In this document: positions 38,160-50,114 of the stretch, in pieces
Position numbering within the stretch: the stretch's first letter is position 1
How the letters are laid out: the number at the start of each line of letters is the position of its first letter
Assembly (NCBI RefSeq): GCF_004010195.1
Contig: NC_057756.1
Location: 1,887,703-1,951,702 of the forward strand
Length of the DNA: 64,000 nucleotides
Reading direction: 5' to 3'
DNA from: Chiloscyllium plagiosum
Lineage: Eukaryota
Program-made: the position numbers and the translations under genes
Notes under the pieces: generated by a model
Told to the model about the DNA's origin: nothing
The model's database searches: none
The model's input: only the letters and a program-made list of their open reading frames with translations

Positions 38160-41060
38160 GAGTCAAAGAGTCACAGCGGTCTCCAATGCAGAAATGTTAT
38201 GTTCAGGTAATCGAGCAAGCACAAGTCAAAAATAACCATGTAACACTTGTGTTTGCATTTACAGCACTTGGCCTCGGCATCTCAAGTATGTTCCTACATA
38301 TGTGTTAAATGTTATGTGAGTTTCCATTTCTACCACTTTTACAGATTCACATTAGATTCGCATTAATTTCTGAATAATAAAAAAAAGATCTGCCTTGCTT
38401 CCCCACCATACCTCATTCCATTTTTTTGGAAATCCGTTCCCCTTGCCATTTATTCCTAAACTAGCAGGAAACGTTTCTTCTTGAGTACCCTGTATTTGTC
38501 CCTCACAATATTCTAACTCTCACTTACATCTTTCCTTCCCACGTCCAATTGCTTTTCTTCTGCTATCTCATAAATGACAGTAGTTTACTAAAAGTCACTT
38601 CATAACAAAACCTTTGCCACATTTAAAAATCTTGAGAATTCTATGTCTTGCATTCGCCAATGTAGTCACATTCATCTTTTCCAGTGGATTCCAGAAACGT
38701 ATACAATGCTCACGCTATGTTCGCCACATTTGTGTTTCACAACCAGGCGGATTACAACATCCGTGATCTTAAACTATATGAGTTGGCCAATAAAGTTGAG
38801 TAACCCTTTCGCCCTATTCAACATTTATCCACCTTCTGTCTACATTAAAGGACCAATGGACATGCCCCACAATGTCCCCCTGGTCATCGGTTCTTCTCAA
38901 GGACGAGGCTCAAACACATCCTCCAGCATCACACCCTGATTCACCCTGATGCAATTCTTGCTTAAATTAACCAAATATTTTGGAAGCAAACCAAATGTTT
39001 TGGATGCAAAACTTGATATTTCACTATTAATTTTCTCTAACATAGAACAGTGCAGCACACGAACAGGCTTTCCATATCGCCATGCCTGTGCTGACTAACA
39101 TGCCACTCTAAATAAATTCAATCAGCTTACATGCGGTGCTTTTCCACCTACCTTCTGCCATTTGAAGTCCCGGTCTAAAAGCGACTTAATGCGTGCTAGT
39201 GTGTGTGTTTCTACAAGTTCCTCTGAAAGTGTGCTCAAGGTGCATGCCACCCTTTACCAAAAATGACTTTCTTCTCAATTTTCCCTAATATTTTAGCCCA
39301 CTCACATTAGACATGCAGACGAAATATTTGACGTTTTCCACAGATAGAACAATGACCGTAACTAAAATGTCTTTGCCCCTCATAATTTTATAAATCACAT
39401 TTATGCCTCCCCTCTACTCTGCCTACTTGATCTTCCTCTGTTTCCAGGAAAGCAACATTAGTCTTTCAGATGTCCCTTCATAAATAAAACGCTGCTGCCC
39501 GGACAACATTTGAGAAAGTTCTTCCCAGTGAAATCACATTCCTCAAATGCTAAGGATACCAGAAATGCATCCAATGATCGTGCTAAGAAGCACACAGCTG
39601 TTTTTAATGAACACGTGGGTGACAATATCCCAGATCTTAAATACTCTGCGCTGATTAATAACGATAAGTATCCCATATGCCTTCCTTAGCACCGTATGCA
39701 TCTTTACGGCTACGTTAAGGCGCCGGAGGACATGCACTTCACGTTTCTTCTGAATGTCAAACAAGTTGCAAACGCATCCCTTGACCACTACACCATAATT
39801 CGAGCTCTTTTTCGATCTGGATTCAATTAACCGAATATTTTACATCCCATCAGCTAGTCACTTCGCTTTCAAACGAATCGAGCATAGCAGAGTACAGCAC
39901 AAGAATAGGCCTTTCGGATCACGATGTTTCTGCTGACCATGGTGCCACTCTAAAAATATCCCATCAATTTGCCCATAGTCTCTCTTCCATCTATATTCTG
40001 TCTGTTGACATGTTTGTCTAAATGCTTCTTAGAAGTTGCTATTGTTTGTATTTCTACAAGGTATTCTGAAGGCGTGCTCAAAGTACATACTAACCTCTGC
40101 TTAAAAGAAAACCTGCTTCTCAAATTTGCTTTGTACTTCGCCCTTCTCACTTTAGATCTATGCCCCTATTAGTTGACATATTCAACTTCGGGGAAAAATA
40201 AAACTCCAATTATCCACTCTTCCAATTCCTCGGTAGATTATATGCAATTTTATCAGATCGTTCCCAGTTTCCGACGCTCCAGTGAAAACAATGTATGTTT
40301 GTCCAAACTCTCTTTATAGGTAATACACTACGATGCACAAACCAGACTGGTAAACATCCCGTTTTAGCACCTTCACATTCTTCCGAATGTGAACAGAACT
40401 ATACACAATGCTTTAAATATGGCCCAAAAATGTATACAGCTGTGACATGATATGCTAACTTTTAAAGTGAATTTCCGACTGATGAAGACGCACACACCTC
40501 ATGTCTTTCTTTGATAACTCATCTACTAGCTTTGCAACATTTGGGGAACCATGGATTTACAAATCGAGATCTCTTTCGGCATCAATGTACCTGTACATTC
40601 TGCCATCAACTATGTTATTTCCTCCTTTATATGACCTCTCAAATATATCATCTCATACATCAAGGTTAAATTCCATGAGCCATTTCTCTGCTCTACTTGC
40701 TGACTGGCCTGGCCCTGCTGCATTCTTTAGTAACATCGAAACCTCCAGCTTATCCACCTCGTCTGCAAACCTACTTATCAGATCACCTGTAACTTCGTCC
40801 AGATCATTCATATAAGTTAGAAACAACAAAAGTCGAAGTGTTTTCTCGTATGGCACATAAATGTTCACATATTTCAGTCAGAAATGCATGCCTCCACAGC
40901 AGCTTTCTGACTTCTATGACAAAGCTAATTTTGTCTACAACTTATCTTACGTGAATACTATGTGATTAATCATCTAGACCAGCCTACCATGAGGCACCTA
41001 ATCAAAAGACTTGCTGAACCCCACGCAAACTCTTTTTAAATGATGACCCTCATCCAATTA
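38160..41060 (-). mobile_element. Stack of about three old CR1 3' fragments (3' ends near 38160, 39040 and 39880)
   Basis: Repeated CATAGAACAGTGCAGCAC / CATAGCAGAGTACAGCAC 3' ends; YMNDLDEVTGDLISRFADE and KWLMEFN in ORF 40653-40868. Confidence 0.65.
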
Positions 41061-41199
41061 CCTGATAATTTTTTCGAATTAGAAAAGTGACACACATGTG
41101 TTTTAATAGATTGCAAATTAAACAATTTATGTATATTATTCTGCTTAAATTATCGCAACATGCTTCTGAATTTGATTCTTATATTTTTCCTTGATTGGA

Positions 41200-41607
41200 T
41201 GTTTTGTCCTTGTCTGTGCCAGAATTTATTGCCGTTCAGTGAGTGCTCTTGAGAAGGACCACATTTTTACCAGGAACTTTGCATAGATAGATTTACACTT
41301 CATTCAGGAGAACGTTTTATGATATGGAATGAGTTGAAGATGCAAGAATGCAGTTGTAAGGAAGAATGATGACTGTTGTTTTTAGAGAGAGATTACAGCT
41401 CCTGATGTTACAATAAATCTGCTGACTTTGTCCTTTTAGCTGGTCGTGTTTTGTGTGCTTGAAATCAGCTTTCAAAACAACATTGGTGAATTTCTGCAGT
41501 ACAATGTTTGTACAGTTTCTAATGATACTGGTGCTGCTTCAGTGGTGGATTGGGCCCACATATCGGGTTATGAGAATAATTGTGTTTGTCATTTTCCCCA
41601 CCTATGG
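41200..41607 (-). mobile_element. 3' part of an old CR1/L2-group LINE, cut by the LTR element
   Basis: TGTGCCAGAATTTATTGCC...CTTGAGAAGG; weak reverse-complement similarity to 5900-6240. Confidence 0.45.
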
Positions 41608-44600
41608 TGTTATGCACCAGGCCAAACCCCCTCAGAACATTTAAGAAGTTATGCCAGACCTTAACGTTGCTAATTGTTTTAAGCAGGTGTAACGTGAATA
41701 TTCCAGGTGTGATGCAACTGGTCAAACCAATTACTCTTAAACAAAACATAATTTATTTACAAGATTACCGAATGAAACACGAACAAAATAGAACAGAATA
41801 TAAAATAACGTAACTTACCTGAAAAAAATGAACCAAACTTAATACTGATGTTCAAATACTTGCAACAATCTCCACAATTACCCCTTGCACAAAAGGTAAA
41901 ATTAAACAACGGGTCGAGCAGCCGATGAGCCAGAGAGAGAGAGGAGGATCAGCCTGGATCCGCCTCTCTGGGGTCCAGCAGCTTTGTCAACTCTACAGTG
42001 TTAGAAACAAACCAAGCAAGGTTGAAATTGAACTGGGAGAACTGGTCACTCTCCTTTCATTGTGCAAGTTTCTTTAATTTTAAAAACTTTTTCTCGCAGG
42101 CTGTACCCTCAATTAGCTATAATCAAATTGTCCTGAAAGCCGTTCAATTTAGACTTTTCGGAGTCTGTGCCTTTTGCGATCTACCTGAACAATGAAAAGA
42201 CAAGGACAACGCACTTTTTTTGTCGGAGTTGCATCATCAAGCGTCCCCATGCGAAAATGAAAAAAAAAACAAACATCCAAAGATTGTTATAGTACGTTTA
42301 TTATGAACATGCAAACATGAACAGCTATATTCTGTTTCAATCTGACTTAATCCTGCAAACAAATGCCTCCCTTTTTTTATTCAAGCTTCGAAAATGCATT
42401 AGCAATAATATTTTTACGTCCTGCAACATGCACAATTTTCACATTGAATTTCCTTAATAACAATCTAGATCTAAACAGAGTAGCATTTGTGTTTTTAAAT
42501 CTCTCCATAAACTTCAATGGATTATAAACAATGAGCAACATTATCTCAGAAACATTCCGAGAAATATATTTTTTGAAATGTTGTAATACCAACACCAAGC
42601 TCAATGTCTCCTTCTTAGCTGTTGAATATTTTTGCTGAACGTTCAAATTGCTGGAGAAATACCCGATATCTCTTTCTTCCTTCTCATCATCTTCCTGCAA
42701 GAGCCCTGCTCCGAAATTCACAACATTTGCATCAACAGCCTCCTTGAATCTCTTTGTGTAATTGGGTGTGGCTAATAACGGAGCAGTGCTTAACACAGAT
42801 TTCACTCATCCAAATGCCAAATGCCTGTCCGCTGTACACTTAAACGTTTTGCTTTTCTTAAGCAATGCAGAGAGTGGAGCAGACACAGTGTTAAAACCTG
42901 GTATGCATTTCGATAAAATCCACCCAATCCCGGAAACTGTAGCCATGTTCTTTTTGTGTATGGTACAGCAAAATCATCAAACACCTTTGCTTTTGCATCC
43001 CAGGTTGATTGTTTACGTAACCAATAACATAGTTCAGGAATGTAATTTTGGCTTTGGCAAATATACTATTAGAAACTATCATCACCAATTCTGACTTCTG
43101 ATTTCGATCGACCAAGTCTGATAAAAGTTGCAAAGGCTACTTCCATGTGTAAATAAAAATCACCAGGTCATCAACATATAAGCCACAGTCCGGCTATGAC
43201 CTCATTGGTTAGTCTCTGAAGTGAGGCGAGCATATTTTTCATACCAAGTGACATGAGTTTAAACTGATAGAGTCCACTCAGCGTTACGAAAGCCGAAATT
43301 ACCTGCACTCTTTCTGACAAACCTACCTGCCAGTATTCACTGAGCAAGATCACTTAGAAACACAAATTGCTTGTCCCACGTTTTCAATGCAATCTTTCAA
43401 ACACATATTCAGATATGCAAAAGTCGCTTTAACTGCATTTACTTTGCAATACCCAGCGAGTAACATTTTGTTTTGGCACCATTAATACGGATAAGCACTA
43501 GTCACTGTAACTCACTTCGATTATGTTGAATTGGAGAATGCATTGCATCTCCATTTGAACATGTGCCCTGCTTTCGAGTGTTAAGTCTAGAAGAATGCTG
43601 TTTAATTGGAACAGCATCTCCTAAATCCACGTCGTGCATAATTAGGTTAGCACTTCCCAGCTTATTTCACCCCATGTAATAGGAATAACTCTTTCAGGTC
43701 ATTTTGATTTTCCTCTGGAAAGAAAGTCAAAAATAAGGATAAGTTCAGATTCCTTTTCTGTATCTGCCTTTTCATCCAATAACATTACATTTTCAGTTTT
43801 CTGCTGTTACTCAGTTAATTCATCTGTAAATAATTATGTCTGCTGTGTCATTTATCTGCTCCTGGTCTTTCTTAAACATTTAATCAAATACGGTCTCTGC
43901 TAATTTCACTTCAACTCTCTTCTCTGTGCTCTTTGACCTCTCCTGCTTCAACTGTGTCTTTGTGACCTCATTACCACACCGTCAAGGTAAATCCAAGGAT
44001 ATGTATACTGAAATACTTCATTTGCCAGAATTTCTACTGGCTTTTCTGTCAGTGTAGTCAGAACTCCTAACTGTGAATCGTCTGTTTCATTAGCAAAGAT
44101 AAATTGTATTCATGGAATTGAGACATTGTCCAGTACTACCACCACAACTTCGACATTCTTCAAGGACTGCTTCCACTTTTCCAGAAAGGTACGAGTAACG
44201 AGAAGTCATGGTGCGACAAGAAATGCTCAGTTATGTAAAGTGATGTCAAATCTCCACTCTTCACTGGGTACTCAAATCTCACTTTACATATTTGAGTGTG
44301 TCTCGTCACACCGTGAATTCCCGTTTCTCGTTCGTTTTCTACCCATAGTCATTCAGAGGTGCATATTTCCTCAGATTAAAAGCATCTTGTATCAATTGAC
44401 ACTGTAAACTCATTACCTGCTGCTCCTAGCCGATGCAAGTAAGCTTTGCCTGCACAGTGACATGTTTTATGAAAATCTGAGACTTCTTCCTTAAAAGACT
44501 TCCGACCAGATTGTACATTGTGGTGCAACTTTCTCACCTCCACTGGGCTTTCCATTACGACTTCAACAAAATTCACTGTCTTCTCCTGTTTTCCTACATC

Positions 44601-45784
44601 CGATTTCCGAATGCTCTTCTAACCAAACAACACTGTGACTTCATGTGGCCTAGTTTATTGCAGTGAAAACACCGGAGCATTTTTGTAAACCTCTGTGTCC
44701 CCTTCAAGTGTTTCTATATGCCCTATGGTATGTTAATTCAATGAACATCATCCAGACCTACCCTTCCATTTCTGGTCGAGGGTTTCTCTATTCCACAATT
44801 TTTTAAATCTCTCACAGATTGAAATTGATTTTGAAAGCCAAACTTTGATTTCTTGACCTTCTCATAATGATCAACCATTTCAACCACTAACCTCGCAGTT
44901 GGAATTCTCCCTAATTTCACTTCAGGTATTCCTACTTCAGAAAGTGAATTTTTGAACTGTCGCAGTGCCAATTTCTGAAGTTCAATTTCCAGAAAACTTT
45001 TGGTGACTGAAAGAGCCATTGCTATCTCAAGCAAAGTTTAAAACTGAATTCAACACACACATTAAAAGACATTCACACGCCGACTGGTTGCCTTCAAGGC
45101 CAAAAAGCCTAATGCCAAATTGGAGCAATACAACAAATCCCGCAAAGTGATTTGGGACAAGACTAGACCCCTTAGATGATACGCATAAAGTAGCCGAGAC
45201 ACTAACTTTGCTCGTTGTTTTAAGCAGGTTTAACGCTGACATTTTAGGAGTGATGTGGATGATCGATCTACTTAGTCTTAAATAAAACAGAATTGATTTA
45301 CAATATTGCAAAATGACACACAAATGAAAGAAAACAGAATACTGTATAACGTCACCCATGTGAAAACCCAACACATCGTCTCAAAATAATAATGTTACTC
45401 CAATCCATGCAACGATCCCCATAAACACCCCTCAGCAAGAAAAGGTAAAAAAAAAACATCGGGTTATATAGAAGGAAATACAGAGAAAGGGAAGGATCAG
45501 CGTGGACTTGCTTCTTTGGGGTCCAGCAGCTTTTTGAAATCTATTGTGCTAAAACCAAATCAAGCCAGAGTAAAGTTGAGCTGGGAGAAGTGGCCACTCC
45601 ACTTTCATTGCACAATTTGTTTTTCTTTTAAACATAAAGGTGTTTTTGGTCAGACAGTATCCGTTAGCTATAATCAAATTGTTTGTAAAACAAGATGGAC
45701 TTTTCCGAGTCGGTGACTTGTTCGAACTCATTTTACAAAAAAGCAAGGACAATATAACTTTGTTCAATTAGCAGCATCGTCAAA
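41608..45784 (-). mobile_element. Gypsy (Gmr1-like) LTR retrotransposon with two LTRs and internal deletions
   Basis: LTRs 41608-42240 and ~45147-45784; knuckle CFHCNKLGHMKSQC at 44630-44671; RT YWQV..AFVT.SGLYQFK.M..GMKN and YVDD near 43170; RNase H APLLATPNY..VDA..GAGLLQ..IGYFS..YST..KE ending just before the LTR. Confidence 0.9.
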
Positions 45785-47260
45785 ATGATTTCCATCTTAT
45801 TGGGATTTGTGAATATTGACGAATGCAGGCAAGTGGGGACAACAGCTCCGTTACAATACTGACATGATCATTTTGCAGATGGGAGAATGCAATAATTGAA
45901 CTTTTGAGATATTTGTTTTCGATCTGGAAGAAAAACGACAGGGAACACATTGCATTAGATTCAAAGGATGATAACGCAGATTTACTGAATGCTCATGTGA
46001 TTAGAAGTTAAAATGAGTGTGGTGTCTCAGGAAGAAAATTTAGGCAGAGTGAGCTTTAAAACGCTGATACTTAGAATGGTAATTGTTAAGAGTATTGAAG
46101 CATAACATATCCAAAGTCATTTCAATTATCAATCCTGCTTTAGCGAGGCATGAGATGAGACATGTTCTGTTCGTTTTGGAGGCTCTGACACTGTTATATC
46201 ACCGTAAGAATACGACAGTGAGTACGTACTGTCTCCGGTCCACAGGAACACCTCGCAAAATTAATTGATGGAAATCTGAAAAGAAACATTGGATAGATTT
46301 TCTTTCTGGCGTCAACTCCATTGCCTTGAACATAACTTTGCAACTTATGAAACACAGATGACAGAAGGAATTGGCAAAGAAAGATGATAATGCCAAGTTC
46401 TTGCTGCATTTGGACTTAGTTGTCTTCTGAATCTCCAATGGCACTGGGCATTGCAGAATCATTACAATAATTCTTGTGAAATTGTGATGAAGGATCGTTC
46501 TTGTAGCAACCGAAGATGCATTGTCAGAAGGAATGGATGTAATGGAAATCGACATGAAACAACTGACTGAAACTAAGAACCATTTTTCTTAGCATCAGGT
46601 ATGAATCCAGAGAGCAAAATGTTCTTCTTCAATTCCCAGTACCTCTTTTTTTTCAGGCTCCTTGTGGCCAGACTAAAGAAAGTGCAGCTTGCTGCTCAAG
46701 GGCAGTAAGTCTTGCTTCGTATGTGGAATTCAGATTTTTTTTTATTTGTAAATAGGATTTCACTTGAAGGAAATAATTGACTGGCTCGGCATGGTTCTCC
46801 CCGTGTCTGCGTGGGTTTCCTCCCACAGTCCAAAGATGTGCAGGTCAGGTGAATTGGCCATGCTAAATTGCCCGTAGTGTTAGGTAAGGGGTAAATGTAG
46901 GGGTATGGGTGGGTTGTGCTTCGGCGGGGCGGTGTGGACTTGTTGGGCCGAAGGGCCTGTTTCCACACTGTAAGTAATCTAATCCAATCTAATCAAATCT
47001 AATCTAATCTAATCTAATCTAATCTAATCTAATCTACTATGAATGAGAGTGTTTAGATTCTGCCAATGCATTTCAGGTTCAGAAACGCAGTTCATGGTAA
47101 TTGCAGTGCACTGCTGATGATTAGACGTTGTTAGTACATGCAGAAATTGACACGTTTGGAGGTGAAGTTGTTTGCGTGTACAAACTACACTGGGCCAATT
47201 TTAATCTTTTAAAGGTAGATATGAGTGTTGTAGTTGGACTGGAACAGGCCGTGTTAAGGT
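45785..47260 (-). mobile_element. Continuation of the old CR1/L2-group LINE (RT region), interrupted by a SINE
   Basis: Minus-strand TALEQQAALSLVWPQGA near 46655-46705 resembles the RT motif ALDI.AAFDRVWH.G; otherwise very decayed. Confidence 0.45.
46795..47036 (+). mobile_element. HE1-type V-SINE, 5'-truncated, with (AATCT)n tail
   Basis: V-SINE core GGTTTCCTCCCACAGTCCAAAGATGTGCAGG..GAATTGGCCATGCTAAATTGCCC; LINE-like 3' end GGGCCGAAGGGCCTGTTTCCACACTGT; tail 46975-47036. Confidence 0.9.
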
Positions 47261-50114
47261 AAAGCACGCAGGTTACTGATAACACGGAAATGAAGTCGAA
47301 AACTATTTTTTGAGGAAGTTAGAAAGAACTAACAAAGACTGATCGATAGGTCAATTGAATCCCAGAAATACCAAACAAATTGAGTACAATGTGGGGAATT
47401 ATGGAATCGATTTTTTTTTGCTCCAATCAGAAATAATGCTTCATCATTCAATAGGGTTTGGCTCCTTAGTGCGGCAGGCTCAACCTATGTTTGTTATTAA
47501 ACTGAAGGATAAATGTATATATGGAGCGATTATTTATCAAACTTAGAGAATGCTATAAATCATTATAGCGACATTAATAAACCTTTATGGATCTTATACT
47601 TTATTTATGTGACAAATTGCTGCGATCTCAACCAGAAGAAAGTGATTTTTCTTTCCTGCATCTTATTTTGGGAAACTTCTATTAGAGTTGGAAACACATC
47701 ATTGAAAGCAGCACACTAGGAATAAAAAAAAACTAATGCTGAATCAGTGCTTCTTTTTTTAAAATACGATTTAAAATGATTGTGCCTTCTTTTGAATATA
47801 CCTGGAGTTTGGAAAAGTGAGGGACTAATTTATTTTTACAGGAGACATCTTTAGCTCTATGGACATGATGAAATTGGGATATAATCAACATCACACTTTG
47901 CTTATGTACGACAGACATATGACGTTATTTTTACCCAGGGGATTTTTTAAACTCTTTTTCTCCAGATAGTATTGAGTCCGTCCATAGAAATATAGGAACA
48001 AAACAAATAATTCAGCAAGCGTTAATGACACGTGAACTGGATGTCAAATCGAGCAATTTCTGTAATCCTGTGCCCTGAGTATTTGACAATGTGTATGTTA
48101 TATTTGTTTCTTATTGAAGCGCTACAGTATATTCCCTAACGTGTGTTTATATTAAACTTGCTCAAGGGGTGTAGAAATTAACGATGAACTAGCATTTCTT
48201 GCTGATTTCTTCAAGTGTTTGAGAAGATCTGGTTGATATAACTTCTTTCACAATCGTTGCCCATTTTGCGCATTCAAATTCACAATGACAAAAAAAAATG
48301 TTTCAGCATTTTGAGCCATCGATTTTGCAGGAAAGTACTATATTTCTCTACATGATGCAAATAGCTTGACATGGAGATTCCTGGTCGTGCGGTTCTCATG
48401 TATCTGCCAACCCCATTCAGTTGGGAGAATTTGTCTGTTCTGGGAAGATTGGAAATGATGTATTGATTGCAGATATCGTTGTCATGAAAAGATTTTGGAA
48501 GTAGATTTTTGAGTTTTTTTTCAGGCAGAAGTTCATTAATGTTTGGCGCATGTTAACATTTTCTTGTCAGGATGTGGGAATACAGGAAATCCAATTATAA
48601 TACCCTTGAATGCGAGAATAATATTGAAAGACCAAGTAATTTAAAACTGATCATAATTTGTCCAATCATACATTTTCCTGTTAATCAATAAAAGTATGCC
48701 GAATCTTAACGTATTAACTTGGGGGAGAAAATCAATAATTTACATCTTTTGAAAAAGGTTAAATCTTCAGGATCATCAAACGATAAACATGAAAAATCAC
48801 ATTATACTTGATGTAAGCGTCTGAATTGATTGCAATGGACTAGTTACCAGGTAATATATAAACATTCTGTCTTGACCTTCGTGAAGCAGTTTCAAGTGGG
48901 CTGTGCATTCTAACCAAGCGTGCTGATGAAATGCATATCTGTTTCTCTTACTGTATTCTGGATTGGGCAAACTGGTTAACTGAATTCTTATATTGTTGTA
49001 AATTTTGCAAATTGTACACCAATATATGTCTTACTGCAGAGTGTAAATACATGTACAGAACCAAGAATAAATAAAACATAATTATCGAGTAAGGGAAGGA
49101 AAAATTCAAAACATCAAAAATAATTACGTGGTTTTCCAAGACATAGTTAGACGGCAAAAAAAACAAAATGTACGAAATTAGTTTAATTGCTTAACAACAG
49201 TTTACCAGAAGATGAAAATTGATGGTTTTGGGTTTTTTGAAAAGAAGAAGCATCAGAGTGGAAAAGTGAAAAAAGAAAAGTATCAACCACTGAGAATTGT
49301 TCTTACCACAGTGTATAGCTTTAAAAGCATAGTTGTTTCTCAATTATTATGCTGGAATTTCAGGCAATATTACTCCTGACCAATCTCGATTGAATTTTTA
49401 TGTTGTGCAAAATACATTTTTGCAGTGCTTGAACGCCTCTAATTAGAACGGAATTATAGCTGTAGTTGCAATCCAATAAGCTCACCAATACTTGCAAAAT
49501 TATAATTACTAGGACTATTTTAACACATCTCAAGAATACAGGGATCACATGCAAAAGCAGGCTGGAGGGAAAGTAGTCAAACGTCTGACTGAAAGAAAGC
49601 AAAGAGAAAGCCTTCCACACAAGGACTGCAGGTGTCATAACGCTTATTCCAAGATTGTATATCTTTACACCATAATTTTTTTAAAAAATGTTTAGGTATG
49701 TAATCAGCAGTCAACCGTGCGTCAGTCTCCTGAAAAAAAAACAATGTTAAAATATATGACGACAGGTCACTTTGACAATAATTGGAATGTCAATCAATAT
49801 CATGCTCTCCTTTTGTACAGGAAGATATCGACTACATCGTTGAAGAGAAAGTATAGTTGCCCCAAAAAGAAACTGACTGGGACGATGTGAAAGTTCAGTG
49901 AGAAATATTCCATTAAACAGGGTTCATATTGGCAGAAGTATCGAAGTTCTAAGTCTACATCCGCCTTGTTTGAAGATTCAACATTCTTAAATGTACCGGT
50001 AGTGTTATCCAAAGAGAATGTTTCCACTGGCTCAGGTGAGGAACTTGTTGATGCACAGTTCAATTAAGTGGCAGGTTTTGAAAAGGCATACTTGCATTCT
50101 TGGAAGGAGAATCA

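Noticed and set aside
46199..46555. 118-aa ORF as a host gene
   Set aside because: Lies within decayed LINE sequence; no recognisable domain
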